From Opitutales bacterium (GTDB taxonomy: Bacteria; Verrucomicrobiota; Verrucomicrobiia; Opitutales; Coraliomargaritaceae), in NCBI GenBank assembly GCA_049598495.1, contig JBMYNR010000001.1, positions 1-64,000 on the forward strand: a DNA stretch of 64,000 bases. The letters are read 5' to 3'. Numbering within the stretch: position 1 is the first letter of the stretch; every line of letters begins with the position of its first letter. A program made the translations under genes and the position numbers. This document shows, in pieces, positions 20,093-31,214 of this stretch. The notes below the pieces were generated by a model. The model had not been told where the DNA came from and did no database searches. It saw only the letters and a program-made list of their open reading frames with translations.

Positions 20093-22402
20093 ATGTTTAC
20101 TTTTATTATACGACGCCTTTTTTCTCTGGTGCCACTCCTCTTTGGAGTGAGCCTGCTGGTGTCTTTATTGATGTATCTTTCGCCCGGTGACTTCCTCACG
20201 CAGGCGCGTGCGGCCAGGGATATTGACCCGGCGATTATTGAGCAGCAGGAGCGGCAGCTCGGGCTGGTCGATGCCGAGGGCGCGCCAACGGCCTGGTTCG
20301 TTCGTTATGGTCATTGGATTGCCAATATTTCGCCGGTCAAATATGGGCCTTGGGTGGGGGAAGAGGATCAGGGGCTCCATTTTGGCTGGCCTTATTTCGG
20401 CGAGTCCTGGACCTATAAGGTGGAGGTGCTCGCCCTGCTCAAGCAACGTGTGCCGGCGACCTTCGTCCTCTCGCTTTCTTCGATCTTGTTCGCCTGGTGT
20501 ATTGCCATTCCTCTCGGGGTTCTGGCCGCGATTTACAAGGATTCGATTTTTGATCGGGTCAGTGCGTTTTTGGCGTATGCAGCGCTCTCCATTCCAGAGT
20601 TCTTTTTGGCGATTCTCGCTGTCTATTTTGCTGCGATCACCGGCCTCTTTCCCGAGGGCGGGCGTTCCTCTGTGGAGAGTGAGTTCTATCGTTTTGGTCC
20701 GAGCTTACTTGATTACGCCTATCATTTGATCCTGCCTACCATTGTCTTGGGCATCGGTAGTGTGGCCGGAATGATGCGGATTATGCGGGCGAACTTCATC
20801 GACTATATGCAGGCTGAGTTCGCGACGGCGGCACGTGCCAAGGGGCTCCGTGAGCGGGTCATCATGTTCAAGCATGTCCTTCGTAACGCAATCAATCCCC
20901 TCATCACTTCTTTCGGCTATTCCTTTGCCGGCCTGCTGTCCGGCGCACTCCTTGTTGAGAATGTTATGAACTATCCGGGCCTCGGACAGTTGATCTACGA
21001 TGCCCTTATTCGTGAGGATCAATATGTTGTCATGGCCGGTGTTCTGATAGGCGTTGTCATGCTGGTGCTGGGCAACCTTCTTGCCGACCTCCTGCTCGGT
21101 TGGTCGGATCCGCGCATCCGGCTGGAGGGCGGTGTGCCGCGTGTTGTGGCTAACAGTCGTATACATTGGGTATGGCTTGCCGCGCTCGGGGTGCTTGCGC
21201 TGGAGATTCTTTTGGAGATTTTCGCACCCGCTGTTCTCGCGGTCATCGGTCTTATTCTGAAATATGTCGGCCTCGCACTCATCGCGGTGCTCGCTCTCGC
21301 GTGCCTCGGTCTCGTTGGCTACATTATTTACGTCCTCTTCCGTCAGTTGATCGGTAAGGTAATCCGCCGACCTCTCGGTGTAATGGCACTTGGGGTTCTG
21401 GCGACGCTCTATACGGGCGCGCTTTTTGCGCCTTTTTTTGCGCCCTACGAGATCACGACGCAAAATCTCGAGACACCCTATCATCCGCCGACTGGGTATA
21501 CTTGGAAGGATGGGGCGATCCACGCCAAGCTCTACGAGAAGGCGTCGGTTGGCTCGCCCGTATATGTGCAAAAGAAAGATGCGACCGCGCCGATTCGTTG
21601 GTTCGCCAAGTCGAAACCTTATAAATTACTCGGCTTTATCCCCATGGACCGAAAGCTCTTCCAGCTCGAGACAGGCGACCCGTCTGCGCGCATCTATGTG
21701 CTGGGCTCGGATGATACCGGTCGTGATATCTTCAGCCGTCTTCTGCACGGCTCACAGGTGTCTCTCTCGATCGGGTTTATTGGTATCTCTATTACCTTAA
21801 TCCTCGGTTTTATTGTGGGATCCCTCTCTGGATACTTTGGTGGCACCGTTGATTTCCTCTCGATGCGTCTCGTCGAGCTTCTCATGTCGATCCCCGGGCT
21901 TTATTTGCTTTTAGCCCTTCGATCCGCGCTGATCAGCCCGGATTTCTCTCCGACCCAGGTCTACATCGTGATTGTCGTGATACTTTCCGTGATCGGTTGG
22001 GCGGGGACGGCGCGGATTATTCGGGGCATGACACTCTCCATTCGGAATCGTCCTTTCGTTCTCGCGGCGGAGAGCATGGGGCAAAGCGTGCCTCTCATTT
22101 TAATCAAACACATCCTTCCGAATATAGCGAGCTACCTCTTGGTTGCGGCGACGCTGTCGATTCCCGGATATATACTCTCGGAGGCGGCTCTCTCTTTTCT
22201 CGGCCTTGGTATCTCGGAGCCATCCGCTTCCTGGGGCCTCATGCTGAAGCAATCTCAGGGCAATATGATCGTCTTCTTTATGAACTTCTGGTGGATGCTG
22301 ACGCCGGGCTTCGCGATTTTTGTCACGGTGATCGCCTATAATGTCCTCGGTGATGTGCTGCGTGATATTGTGGACCCGAAAATGCAGACTGGGCGCGGCT
22401 AA
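20093..22402 (+). CDS. Fused OppB-OppC peptide ABC permease
   Basis: OppB half (TAARAKGL...KHVLRNA, YPGLG) in frame with OppC half (LGSDDTGRDIFSR, LAAESMG...KHILPN, EAALSFLGLG, SWG). Confidence 0.9.
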   Translation: MFTFIIRRLFSLVPLLFGVSLLVSLLMYLSPGDFLTQARAARDIDPAIIEQQERQLGLVDAEGAPTAWFVRYGHWIANISPVKYGPWVGEEDQGLHFGWPYFGESWTYKVEVLALLKQRVPATFVLSLSSILFAWCIAIPLGVLAAIYKDSIFDRVSAFLAYAALSIPEFFLAILAVYFAAITGLFPEGGRSSVESEFYRFGPSLLDYAYHLILPTIVLGIGSVAGMMRIMRANFIDYMQAEFATAARAKGLRERVIMFKHVLRNAINPLITSFGYSFAGLLSGALLVENVMNYPGLGQLIYDALIREDQYVVMAGVLIGVVMLVLGNLLADLLLGWSDPRIRLEGGVPRVVANSRIHWVWLAALGVLALEILLEIFAPAVLAVIGLILKYVGLALIAVLALACLGLVGYIIYVLFRQLIGKVIRRPLGVMALGVLATLYTGALFAPFFAPYEITTQNLETPYHPPTGYTWKDGAIHAKLYEKASVGSPVYVQKKDATAPIRWFAKSKPYKLLGFIPMDRKLFQLETGDPSARIYVLGSDDTGRDIFSRLLHGSQVSLSIGFIGISITLILGFIVGSLSGYFGGTVDFLSMRLVELLMSIPGLYLLLALRSALISPDFSPTQVYIVIVVILSVIGWAGTARIIRGMTLSIRNRPFVLAAESMGQSVPLILIKHILPNIASYLLVAATLSIPGYILSEAALSFLGLGISEPSASWGLMLKQSQGNMIVFFMNFWWMLTPGFAIFVTVIAYNVLGDVLRDIVDPKMQTGRG

Positions 22403-22410
22403 AGCCGCTT

Positions 22411-22518
22411 GAACGTTGAACATCGAACGCTCAACATCGAATATAGAATACATAGCCTCCATCACGCACGAAATATTTCATTCAATATTGGACCTTCGAT
22501 GTTCAATGTTCAACGTTC
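22411..22518. repeat. Degenerate heptamer tandem repeats arranged as an inverted pair
   Basis: GAACGTT-GAACATC-GAACGCT-CAACATC mirrored by TTCGATG-TTCAATG-TTCAACG-TTC. Confidence 0.8.
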
Positions 22519-22524
22519 TCCACA

Positions 22525-23367
22525 ATGTCCGAATTGCTTAAAGTTTCCGATTTGCGAATTGCTTTTCACTCGCGCGACGAGGCCAACGAGGTGGTCCACG
22601 GGATCGACTTCTCGGTGCGGTCCGGGGGGCATACGGTCGCGATACTTGGGGAGTCGGGGAGTGGTAAAAGTGTCAGCTGTATGGCCTTAACCCAGCTCCT
22701 GCCGAAACCGCCAACCTGCACGGTGAGTGGTGAAGTCCTCTTTCAGGGAAAGAACGTTTTGGAGATGAATGGGGATGCCATCCGCAGGATTCGAGGAAGC
22801 GGGATTGCCTATATCTTTCAGGAGCCCTCCTCGTCATTGAATCCCGTGTTTACCGTGGGGCAGCAGATTGCCGAGGCGGTCAGACTACATCGTCCGGATA
22901 TTATTGATGTGCAGGCGCGTGTGATTGAGTTGCTCAACCTCGTCGGGATACGTGATGCGGAGAATCGCTTCTCCGCCTACCCGCACGAAATGAGCGGTGG
23001 TATGCAGCAGCGCGTCATGATTGCCATGGCGCTGGCCTGCGAACCCGATCTTCTTGTTGCGGATGAACCGACGACGGCGCTCGATGTGACCATTCAGGCT
23101 CAGATCATTGATTTACTTCGAGAACTCCGTGAGAAAATCGGCATGAGTATTCTTCTGATCACGCATAATTTCGGTATTGTGAAAGGTTTCGCCGATGAAG
23201 TGATCGTGATGTATCGGGGTGAGATCGTAGAACAAGGCTCGGTCGAAAGCGTGTTGACTGCTCCGCAGCACGCCTACACCCGTGCGCTCATTGCCTGCAT
23301 TCCGAAATTGGGCCAGAAGCAGGATCGCCTGACGACGATTGACCGGGAGATGGCGCAGGAAGCGTAG
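22525..23367 (+). CDS. oppD: Peptide ABC ATPase, OppD/DppD-like
   Basis: [40 protein letters not shown]. Confidence 0.9.
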   Translation: MSELLKVSDLRIAFHSRDEANEVVHGIDFSVRSGGHTVAILGESGSGKSVSCMALTQLLPKPPTCTVSGEVLFQGKNVLEMNGDAIRRIRGSGIAYIFQEPSSSLNPVFTVGQQIAEAVRLHRPDIIDVQARVIELLNLVGIRDAENRFSAYPHEMSGGMQQRVMIAMALACEPDLLVADEPTTALDVTIQAQIIDLLRELREKIGMSILLITHNFGIVKGFADEVIVMYRGEIVEQGSVESVLTAPQHAYTRALIACIPKLGQKQDRLTTIDREMAQEA

Positions 23368-23419
23368 GGGGTGCTTGCGTAGCTTATCGACTCGGGTGCG
23401 GGCTTCGCGAGTAGAGCCC

Positions 23420-24151
23420 CTACAGAAACTGCTCGATCCCTGGCACTGGCTTGGCCCGCTGCCCGCTTTCCAGACGCTCAATGTAGCGGTCCGGTTTTGT
23501 GTCATCGGGTTGGTGCTCGTCCTCGAACTCATCGTCTTCGATAGGAATCAGTTCGTCGAAATAAAGGGAGAGACGTCGCGGTTCCGGATCCAGGATCTCC
23601 GGGGGATTGGCGACCCGTCCCTTTTTAATGAGGAGAAAACGGGCAGGGTAGTGCTCTTTCTTGTAAGCGCTCTCAAACTCTTTGATCCATTTGTTATCCA
23701 CGTCTTCACGACGGTTGAGTAGGACGATGTCCGAAAAGTGAATACAGGCATCAAACCAGGCCTTTGCTTTGGGTTTCGATTTGAGAAAGCTGCAGTTGAC
23801 CACGGTGATTAGTCTCGCGATGGAGCAGTTATTATGGTCGGTCCATTGCTTTAGGGCTTCGGCGCAGTCGGCGGGGTCGGATTGTCCCGGTGCGAGAAAG
23901 ATGATCTTCTCGGGTGCCGCCTTGATGGCTCCGTGGGTGACCTTGCTGTCCTTAAGTTGCCATTCCACCACACTGACATTTTCGAGTGCTTCGATTTGCT
24001 CGTCATGCGGGGAGGCCGGTTCGCTTGAGGGGCGGAAATAGAGAGTCGCCTGATCTTTGGAGATTCCGCCTTCAATCAGGTCAAAAATCACCTCCCGTCG
24101 GCCCGAGTCCGGGCTGCCGTAAATCAGATAAACTTGAGGCGCTTCCGGCAT
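23420..24151 (-). CDS. Hypothetical protein, degenerate CobW/COG0523-like P-loop fold
   Basis: VYLIYGSPDSGRR, LITVVNC, CIHFSDIVLLNRRE resemble CobW segments with altered G1 and G4. Confidence 0.6.
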   Translation of the reverse strand: MPEAPQVYLIYGSPDSGRREVIFDLIEGGISKDQATLYFRPSSEPASPHDEQIEALENVSVVEWQLKDSKVTHGAIKAAPEKIIFLAPGQSDPADCAEALKQWTDHNNCSIARLITVVNCSFLKSKPKAKAWFDACIHFSDIVLLNRREDVDNKWIKEFESAYKKEHYPARFLLIKKGRVANPPEILDPEPRRLSLYFDELIPIEDDEFEDEHQPDDTKPDRYIERLESGQRAKPVPGIEQFL

Positions 24152-24168
24152 TGTTCGTGGCTTACATA

Positions 24169-25266
24169 TCAATCACTAAATTCGAAGCTCTCGCACTGGG
24201 CTTTGTGACGCATCCACTGGTCCACGAGGACAAGCGCTGCCATCGATTCAACGATGGGCACCGCGCGTGGGACGACGCAGGGGTCATGGCGACCGCGTCC
24301 CATAAGTTCGGTCTCGTTGCCCTCTTTGTCGACGGTCTCCTGGTTCTGAATGATTGTCGCGGTTGGTTTAAACGCGACACGGAAGACAAGCTCTTCGCCA
24401 TTACTGATGCCCCCTTGCACACCGCCCGAGCGGTTGGTGGCTGTGCCGACTTTACCATCCTTGTTCACGAAGACATCATTGTGCTCCGAACCGCGCAGGC
24501 GGGAGCCGTCAAAGCCGCTGCCGATTTCAAATCCTTTTGTGGCTGGCAGGGAGAGCATGGCCTTGGCCAGATCGGCTTCGAGCCGATCAAACACGGGCAC
24601 TCCGAGCCCCACCGGCAGGTTCCGCACGCGACACTCGATCAGGCCACCCACGGAGTCACCCTCCTTGCGTATATCCTTGATCCGTTGCACCATCTTTTCT
24701 GCCGTTTCCGGGTGTGGACAACGCACGGGACTGGCCTCAACTTCCTCGAGCCTCGGAAAGTGCTCGAGCGGCGGCATTTCAATGTCGTGCACCCGAGTGA
24801 TGTAGGCGCGTATATCGATGGCTGCGGACAGCTTAAGTATCTTCTTCGCAATGGCACCCGCCGCGACGCGGCCAATTGTTTCCCGGGCTGAGGAGCGGCC
24901 GCCCCCTTCGTGGTTACGAATGCCGAACTTGGTCTGATAGGTGAAGTCCGCATGGGAGGGGCGAAACTTATCTTTCATCTCTGAGTAGGCAGTCGGGCGT
25001 TGGTCGCCGTTGGGCACATAGATGCCGATTGGTGTGCCCAGGGTCTTACCTTCGTAGACGCCGGAAACGATTTCAGCGGTGTCGCTTTCCTTGCGCGGTG
25101 TTGTGATCTCACTCTGGCCGGGTCGGCGGCGATCCAGTTCAAACTGAATCTCTTCAACATCCAGCGGGAGCCGGGGGGGGCAGCCGTCGATAACTACGCC
25201 GATACCGCCACCGTGGCTCTCGCCCCAGGTAGAAATTCGAAAAAGTGCTCCAAAAGAATTGCCCAT
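24169..25266 (-). CDS. aroC: Chorismate synthase
   Basis: [38 protein letters not shown]; start at MGNSFG. Confidence 0.97.
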   Translation of the reverse strand: MGNSFGALFRISTWGESHGGGIGVVIDGCPPRLPLDVEEIQFELDRRRPGQSEITTPRKESDTAEIVSGVYEGKTLGTPIGIYVPNGDQRPTAYSEMKDKFRPSHADFTYQTKFGIRNHEGGGRSSARETIGRVAAGAIAKKILKLSAAIDIRAYITRVHDIEMPPLEHFPRLEEVEASPVRCPHPETAEKMVQRIKDIRKEGDSVGGLIECRVRNLPVGLGVPVFDRLEADLAKAMLSLPATKGFEIGSGFDGSRLRGSEHNDVFVNKDGKVGTATNRSGGVQGGISNGEELVFRVAFKPTATIIQNQETVDKEGNETELMGRGRHDPCVVPRAVPIVESMAALVLVDQWMRHKAQCESFEFSD

Positions 25267-25535
25267 GACAAATATGGAAAGGCCGCACAGGATTAAGTCA
25301 ATGCTCGTGGCTCTGATACCCGATGTGTCTTGCCTTCTACAGGTATTATTTAAACTTCGGATCATGATTCGAACGACTTGTCTGGCATCGAACTTCTTGC
25401 TGCTTCTCCTCCTGCTTGCCGGCCATGCGACGAGCAGCACGGAGACAGCATTGTCGTCGATTGAGTACAATGAAGCATTTGAGTTCGGTCAGGTGTTGAA
25501 GTTTCCGATCCGGTTGCTTGATCGTCCGATAGGGA

Positions 25536-26240
25536 GTGCCTGTGTTTGATTATCAAACAGTTTACAATGCCTACACGGCCTTGATTGCAGGTCTCATTAC
25601 CAGTGCTCATTGCGTGGGCATGTGCGGCCCGCTTTCCTGCGCCTTTGCACCGAAGCAAGCGAATGACGCGAGTCCGCAGTTGGTGCTCACCTGCTATCAT
25701 CTGGCGAAGTTGATCTCCTATGCGGTTGTCGGAACGCTGGCAGGCGTCTTTGGTTCGGCCATCCTAGTCTATGTGGAAGCGTCCTGGCTAAACCTACTGC
25801 CATGGATGCTCGTTGTCTTCTTTCTCGTCGTAGCGACCCGTCTCGATCGTTTTTTTCCGAAGCCGGCCTGGCTGAGTGGTCTCTACAGAGCTGTGACAGC
25901 TCGCTTTTTGCGCCTGCAAAAACCACTTGCCGCGGCGATCATTGGCTTGGCGAGCCCGCTGCTTCCCTGTGGGCCTCTCTATATGATTTTTGGTCTGGCC
26001 TTGTTTTCGGGCTCAGGTCTCAAGGGGGCAGAATTTGCGATCGGGTTCGGGCTAGGGACACTTCCTTTACTCTGGCTGTCGCAGAGCCAGTTCATGCGAG
26101 TTCAACTCAAGGCAAGTCCATTGGCGCTCGTCCGCATCCAGCGGCTTATTGCCTTTATTGCCGCCCTCGTAGTGGCTTGGCGTTTGCGCACAACGCTCGG
26201 GATCGAAGGGGCCGAGGACTGGGTCTGTCACCCTTTCTAG
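25536..26240 (+). CDS. DsbD_2/TauE-like membrane protein
   Basis: HCVGMCGP, LLPCGPLY, FGLGTLP. Confidence 0.82.
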   Translation: MPVFDYQTVYNAYTALIAGLITSAHCVGMCGPLSCAFAPKQANDASPQLVLTCYHLAKLISYAVVGTLAGVFGSAILVYVEASWLNLLPWMLVVFFLVVATRLDRFFPKPAWLSGLYRAVTARFLRLQKPLAAAIIGLASPLLPCGPLYMIFGLALFSGSGLKGAEFAIGFGLGTLPLLWLSQSQFMRVQLKASPLALVRIQRLIAFIAALVVAWRLRTTLGIEGAEDWVCHPF

Positions 26241-26319
26241 AGCTGCAGGTTTTGCTGTAAAATTGCGGAACCTCGCTCCCTTGTTTATGTCATTCGGAAA
26301 CGAAATTTATTTTTAGACT

Positions 26320-27768
26320 ATGAAACGTAGCATTCGACTCGCACTTGTTCTGATCACTTTTGCTCCATTCGCTTTGGCTGAGAAAAACCCGCCGCTTGAG
26401 GTTTCTCTGGACCCGCGCCGCATTGCGCCGGTTGAGGGTGGTCCGCTTGTCACTTACGCCGATGTTCTGGGGCGAGCCACTCCCTCGGTGGTGGCTGTCT
26501 ATACTGCGCAGATTGTAACCACCTGGCAATCGCAGCAGTTGTCGGATATTTTTCGCTATTTTGGACGACCCGTGCCCTTGCCCGACTCTCAAGATATCGC
26601 GCGCGAGCGTAAGGAGCCGCTCGGTGTCGGTTCCGGTGTGATCATCTCGGAGGATGGTTATATCATTACCAATTACCATGTGGTTCAGGGTATGCGGGGT
26701 CGTGAAGCCGATGAGATCAAGGTTCAGCTCGGCGATGGAACCGAATACGAGGCGACTCTAATTGGTTGGGACGCGAAGACTGATGTGGCCGTACTCAAGA
26801 TCGAGGTGGAAGAGCCGCTCCCGGCGGTTTCGCTGGCGGATAGTGATCGGTTGCGTGTCGGCGATGTTGTTTTCGCGATCGGGAATCCCCTGGATGTTGG
26901 TCTCACCGCTACGCAGGGGATTGTGTCAGCGATGGGTCGCCACCAGGGTGGCCGCATTTTGGGTCCGGACTCATATGAGGACTTTATTCAGACCGACGCG
27001 GCCATTAACCTTGGGAATTCCGGCGGCGCCTTGATTGATGCCTGGGGTCGTTTGGTCGGGATTAATACGGCGATTGTTTCCGGTAGTGGTGGGAGTATCG
27101 GAATTGGTTTCGCGATTCCCGTGAATCTGGTAATCAATGTGGCGAGCAACTTGATCGAATCGGGCGAGGTGCCACGCGGCATGTTGGGCTTGTTTCCCAG
27201 TGATCTCACTCGCGACATGGCCGATGCCTTTGGTTTGGATTCAATTCGGGGCGCGCTGGTCAATCAGGTCCAGGACGACTCGCCCGCCTCACGGGCGGGA
27301 ATCCGCCATGGCGACATCATTCTCCTGGTGAATGAGACCGAGATCGATTCGGCTGCAAAACTACGACTTGCGGTTTCGCAGATCCTGCCCGGGACCGAGG
27401 TCGATGTGACACTGATTCGTCGCGGCGAGAGGCTCGTCGTGCCCGTTACACTAGGAAGCCTTCATGGAGGCCCGGTTTCGACGGGCAGGAAAACGAGTCC
27501 GCTCGACGGAGTGAGGCTACGTGTGCTCGACAGCGAATTGCGTGTGGCCTTTTCAATTCCTGATTGGATTGAGGGCGTGGTGATTACGCAGGTAGCCGGC
27601 GACTCGCCCTTCGTCGAGAAACTGGAGCGCCTGATGGTAATTTTGGAGGTGAATGGTGAGTCCGTCGAAAGCGTCGAAGACATAGAAGCCAGCCTTGTCG
27701 AGGGGGCGCAGAATCACTTCTACGTTTGGTCGGGTGGAACGAAGCGTTTCGTTATCTTGAGGTTGTGA
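26320..27768 (+). CDS. HtrA/DegP-family serine protease with PDZ domains
   Basis: Signal peptide, TNYHVV, TDVAV, FIQTDAAINLGNSGG, PDZ domains. Confidence 0.94.
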   Translation: MKRSIRLALVLITFAPFALAEKNPPLEVSLDPRRIAPVEGGPLVTYADVLGRATPSVVAVYTAQIVTTWQSQQLSDIFRYFGRPVPLPDSQDIARERKEPLGVGSGVIISEDGYIITNYHVVQGMRGREADEIKVQLGDGTEYEATLIGWDAKTDVAVLKIEVEEPLPAVSLADSDRLRVGDVVFAIGNPLDVGLTATQGIVSAMGRHQGGRILGPDSYEDFIQTDAAINLGNSGGALIDAWGRLVGINTAIVSGSGGSIGIGFAIPVNLVINVASNLIESGEVPRGMLGLFPSDLTRDMADAFGLDSIRGALVNQVQDDSPASRAGIRHGDIILLVNETEIDSAAKLRLAVSQILPGTEVDVTLIRRGERLVVPVTLGSLHGGPVSTGRKTSPLDGVRLRVLDSELRVAFSIPDWIEGVVITQVAGDSPFVEKLERLMVILEVNGESVESVEDIEASLVEGAQNHFYVWSGGTKRFVILRL

Positions 27769-27921
27769 TCAATTGATACGGATCGTTTGTGTGCGCTCTA
27801 ATTGCACCCAGTCCGCACGGGTGTGGCATTATGACCTTGAGTATTTGCGGCCTACCTATTGTTTACTGCGTTCGCATGTGCCCCGGGGATGGAGGGCTGT
27901 CACGTTAGCAATTTACAGAGA

Positions 27922-29253
27922 ATGTCAGAAAAACGCACAATTCGTATCGGCTTGCTCGGCTTCGGGGTTGTTGGCCAAGGTGTCTGGAAGAACATCGAGA
28001 ATAATCGCCAGGCCTTGGAATATCGCCTGGGGGTGGCGCTCGAGATATCCGAGGTTGTCGTCAGGGATACCTCCAAGGAACGCGAAGTGAAGGTGCCTGC
28101 CGAGGCTTACTCCTCGGATCCTGCTCGGGTGGTGGATCACCCCGGGATCGATATCGTTTGTGAATTGATGGGGGGCACCGGCGAAGCGCTCGACCTAACC
28201 CGCCGGGCTCTCCAGCAGGGCAAAATTGTGGTCACGGCCAACAAGGCTCTCATCTGCGAACACGGCGAAGAACTCTTCGAAATCGCCCGTCAGAATGGTG
28301 GTCATTATTTTTACGAAGCCTCTGTCGCAGGTGGTATCCCGATTATCAAGACCATTCGCGAGGCACTTGTCGCCAATCGTTTTAAACTGATCTTCGGGAT
28401 CCTCAATGGAACGTCGAACTACATCCTCGCCCGTATGGAGCGTGAGGGTTTGAGCTTTGAGGATACACTCGGTGATGCGCGCAAACTCGGGTATGTTGAG
28501 GCGGATGAGGCCTTGGATCTCGACGGTATTGATGCCGCCCACAAGGCTGTCATTCTCGCCTACCTCGCGCATGGGAAATGGGTGAAGCTTAATGAGATTA
28601 TTTGTGAGGGTATTCGCGAGATCACGGGAGAGGATATCGAGGTTGCCGCCCAGCTTGGCTACAAAATCAAGCTTCTGGCGGTCATTGTTCGGGACTTTGA
28701 TGCCAATACGCTCTCGGTGCGTCTCCACCCGGCTCTCATCTCTAAAGGGGAGGTGATTGCGGGGGTCGATGAAGTTTACAATGGTGTTAGCGTCACCGGT
28801 GATGTGGTTGGAACTACGGTTCTGATCGGGCGGGGTGCCGGCCAAGATGCAACCTCCAGCTCGGTGATTAGTGACATAGCAGATGCGGTCTTCATGCTTC
28901 AAGGTGGGCCTGCCCCGGCCATTTCGGAAGAAGATGAGGCCACCTACCGCAAGATCGCGGGCGACTTGAAGCTGGCAGACAGGGACTCGCTGAAAGGCCG
29001 TTATTATCTTCGGATTCACGTGCAGGATCACGAAGGTGTCCTCGCAAAGGTATCTGAGCTGATGGCTAAGCAGCATATCAGCTTCGCCACGGTCAACCAG
29101 AAGGAACTCTCGGACGGCACTGCCAAGCTTATGGTCACCACGCATGAGACCGACGAAGCCGCGGTGACTCGGGCAAAGGTAAGTCTCGCCGAGGAGGCAT
29201 CCGTTATTGGTGACGCTGTGAGCTTCCGGATCTTTGATCCGACGGCGCTTTAG
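27922..29253 (+). CDS. hom: Homoserine dehydrogenase with ACT domain
   Basis: GLLGFGVVG, VTANK, EASVAGGIP, GILNGTSNYIL, C-terminal ACT. Confidence 0.95.
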   Translation: MSEKRTIRIGLLGFGVVGQGVWKNIENNRQALEYRLGVALEISEVVVRDTSKEREVKVPAEAYSSDPARVVDHPGIDIVCELMGGTGEALDLTRRALQQGKIVVTANKALICEHGEELFEIARQNGGHYFYEASVAGGIPIIKTIREALVANRFKLIFGILNGTSNYILARMEREGLSFEDTLGDARKLGYVEADEALDLDGIDAAHKAVILAYLAHGKWVKLNEIICEGIREITGEDIEVAAQLGYKIKLLAVIVRDFDANTLSVRLHPALISKGEVIAGVDEVYNGVSVTGDVVGTTVLIGRGAGQDATSSSVISDIADAVFMLQGGPAPAISEEDEATYRKIAGDLKLADRDSLKGRYYLRIHVQDHEGVLAKVSELMAKQHISFATVNQKELSDGTAKLMVTTHETDEAAVTRAKVSLAEEASVIGDAVSFRIFDPTAL

Positions 29254-29273
29254 GCATTATTTCCAGAAACTGC

Positions 29274-31214
29274 CTAGGATCCATTGAGATTACTGAGATC
29301 TTCTACGGCGATTTCCCACTCGTAGTTCTTTTCTTCGAGATATTTAGCGACCCGGGTAGCCTGTATGTTGCGTTCTTTGGCTACTTCGGGATCTGCATAA
29401 CTGCTGGGGTCTTCCAATTCTTTAGAAAGCTCGGCTTGTTGTTCTTCAAGCTCAAGAATTGCTTTCTCCAGCTCGATGACTCTTTGCTCGATCTTTTTAC
29501 GTGCGACTGATGTCGCTTTGCGCTCTTCAGCGGCGATTCGCCGGCGTTCTTTGGCACTGATCGCTTGATGCCTACCCTCGCTGGTGGGCCTGCCCTCGGG
29601 ACGTGCATTCTTTAGGCCGGCGATCAGGCCGCTCTGCTCCGATTCGGCTCCGGATTTGCGAAGGTAGTAGTCATAATCGCCCGAGTAGCAGGTGATTTTG
29701 CCCGCCTGAATCTGGATGGTTTCATCGGCGATCGCTCGAATGAAATGCACATCGTGACTAACGAATATCAGTGTACCCCTGTAGTCCTTCAGCGCGCGGA
29801 TGAGGGCGTCGATACTTGGCATATCGAGGTGGGTGGTCGGTTCATCGAGGAGAAGGAAATTTGGTGGGTTGAGTAGGAGTTTAACGAGGGCGAGCCGGCT
29901 CTTTTCCCCCCCGCTGAGTACTTTTACATGTTTGAACACATCCTCCCCTCGGAAAAGAAAAGCGCCTAGGATACTGCGGACATTCTGCTCGGAGATGCCC
30001 GATTCGTTGCCTTGCATTGCTTCGTCCAGGACGGTCCGGCCGAGATCCAATACCTCCACCCGTTGTTGTGAAAAGTAGCCCACGCTGACGTTATGCCCCA
30101 GCTCGCGGGTGCCTGCTTCGATCGGAACGATCTCCGAGAGAATTTTGAGCAGGGTCGACTTACCCGCTCCGTTCGGTCCCACGAGCACGATCCGCTGTCC
30201 TTTTTCCACCTCGATACTTAGGTCTTCATAAACGACATGATCCCCATAGGCCTGCCGGACCTTACTCAGCGTGGCGACGCGCTGGCCGCTTCGTTCGGGC
30301 TGGGGAAATCGGAAGTGAATCGTATCGGCGGCACCCATAGGCGCCTCAATCCGCTCCATTTTTTCCAGTTGCTTGAGTCGGGCCTGTGCCTGCGTAGCCT
30401 TGCTCGCCTTCGCACGAAAGCGGCGCACGAAATCCTCAAGGTGGGCGATTTCCCTTTGTTGGTTGGTGTAAGCGGCGAGGTGCTGCGCCTCCCGTTCCGC
30501 CTTTTCCTTGAGGTATTTCTCATAATTGCCGACGTAGCGGTGGAGCTTGCCATGTGCAATCTCGACGATGCCGCCGCAGACCGCATTCAGAAACTCTCGG
30601 TCGTGGGAAATCGTCAGAATGGCGCCCGGGTAACGTTTGAGTTGATCCTGAAACCAGCCGAGGGTTTCCAAATCGAGATGATTGGTCGGCTCGTCGAGCA
30701 TGAGCAGGTCGGGCTCCATGACCAGTAGTCGTGCCAGATGCGCACGCATGATCCAACCGCCGCTTAGGTTCTTCGCCGGTAGATTGTAGTCTTCTGTCCG
30801 GAAGGCCAGTCCGGCTAATATTCGTTTTGCTTTGGCCTCGAGCGAGTAGCCATCTAGCTCGATAAATCGTTCCATCGCAGTGAGACGCTCGGGTGCATCG
30901 GGATGAGGATGGGTGCGCAGGGTGTCATAAAGAGCTCCGATCTCTGGCGTGATGGAGCTGGCTAGTTCAGCCACAGTTTCATCACCTGCGGGGGCACTCT
31001 CCTGTGGTAAAAATCCGATCCGCGTGCCGCGCTCGAGTTCGATTTCGCCGCTATCAGCCTCCTCGCAATTCATGATGATCGAGAAGAGCGTCGTCTTACC
31101 GGCGCCGTTCGGGCCGACCAGCCCAAGACGCTCTCCCCGTAATAGTCTTAGGGAGATGTCGGTGAAGAGTGTCTTCTGGCCATAGCCTTTGCTGATTTGC
31201 GAAACAGTAAGCAT
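29274..31214 (-). CDS. ABC-F family ribosome-associated ATPase
   Basis: Two ABC domains (GPNGAGKT/S, LSGG, LDEPT), linker, C-terminal coiled coil, no TM segments. Confidence 0.93.
   Translation of the reverse strand: MLTVSQISKGYGQKTLFTDISLRLLRGERLGLVGPNGAGKTTLFSIIMNCEEADSGEIELERGTRIGFLPQESAPAGDETVAELASSITPEIGALYDTLRTHPHPDAPERLTAMERFIELDGYSLEAKAKRILAGLAFRTEDYNLPAKNLSGGWIMRAHLARLLVMEPDLLMLDEPTNHLDLETLGWFQDQLKRYPGAILTISHDREFLNAVCGGIVEIAHGKLHRYVGNYEKYLKEKAEREAQHLAAYTNQQREIAHLEDFVRRFRAKASKATQAQARLKQLEKMERIEAPMGAADTIHFRFPQPERSGQRVATLSKVRQAYGDHVVYEDLSIEVEKGQRIVLVGPNGAGKSTLLKILSEIVPIEAGTRELGHNVSVGYFSQQRVEVLDLGRTVLDEAMQGNESGISEQNVRSILGAFLFRGEDVFKHVKVLSGGEKSRLALVKLLLNPPNFLLLDEPTTHLDMPSIDALIRALKDYRGTLIFVSHDVHFIRAIADETIQIQAGKITCYSGDYDYYLRKSGAESEQSGLIAGLKNARPEGRPTSEGRHQAISAKERRRIAAEERKATSVARKKIEQRVIELEKAILELEEQQAELSKELEDPSSYADPEVAKERNIQATRVAKYLEEKNYEWEIAVEDLSNLNGS

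Noticed and set aside
25259..25549. ORF with a poly-Leu signal-like stretch between aroC and the DsbD_2 gene
   Set aside because: No recognisable family, overlaps both neighbours and fills their divergent promoter region
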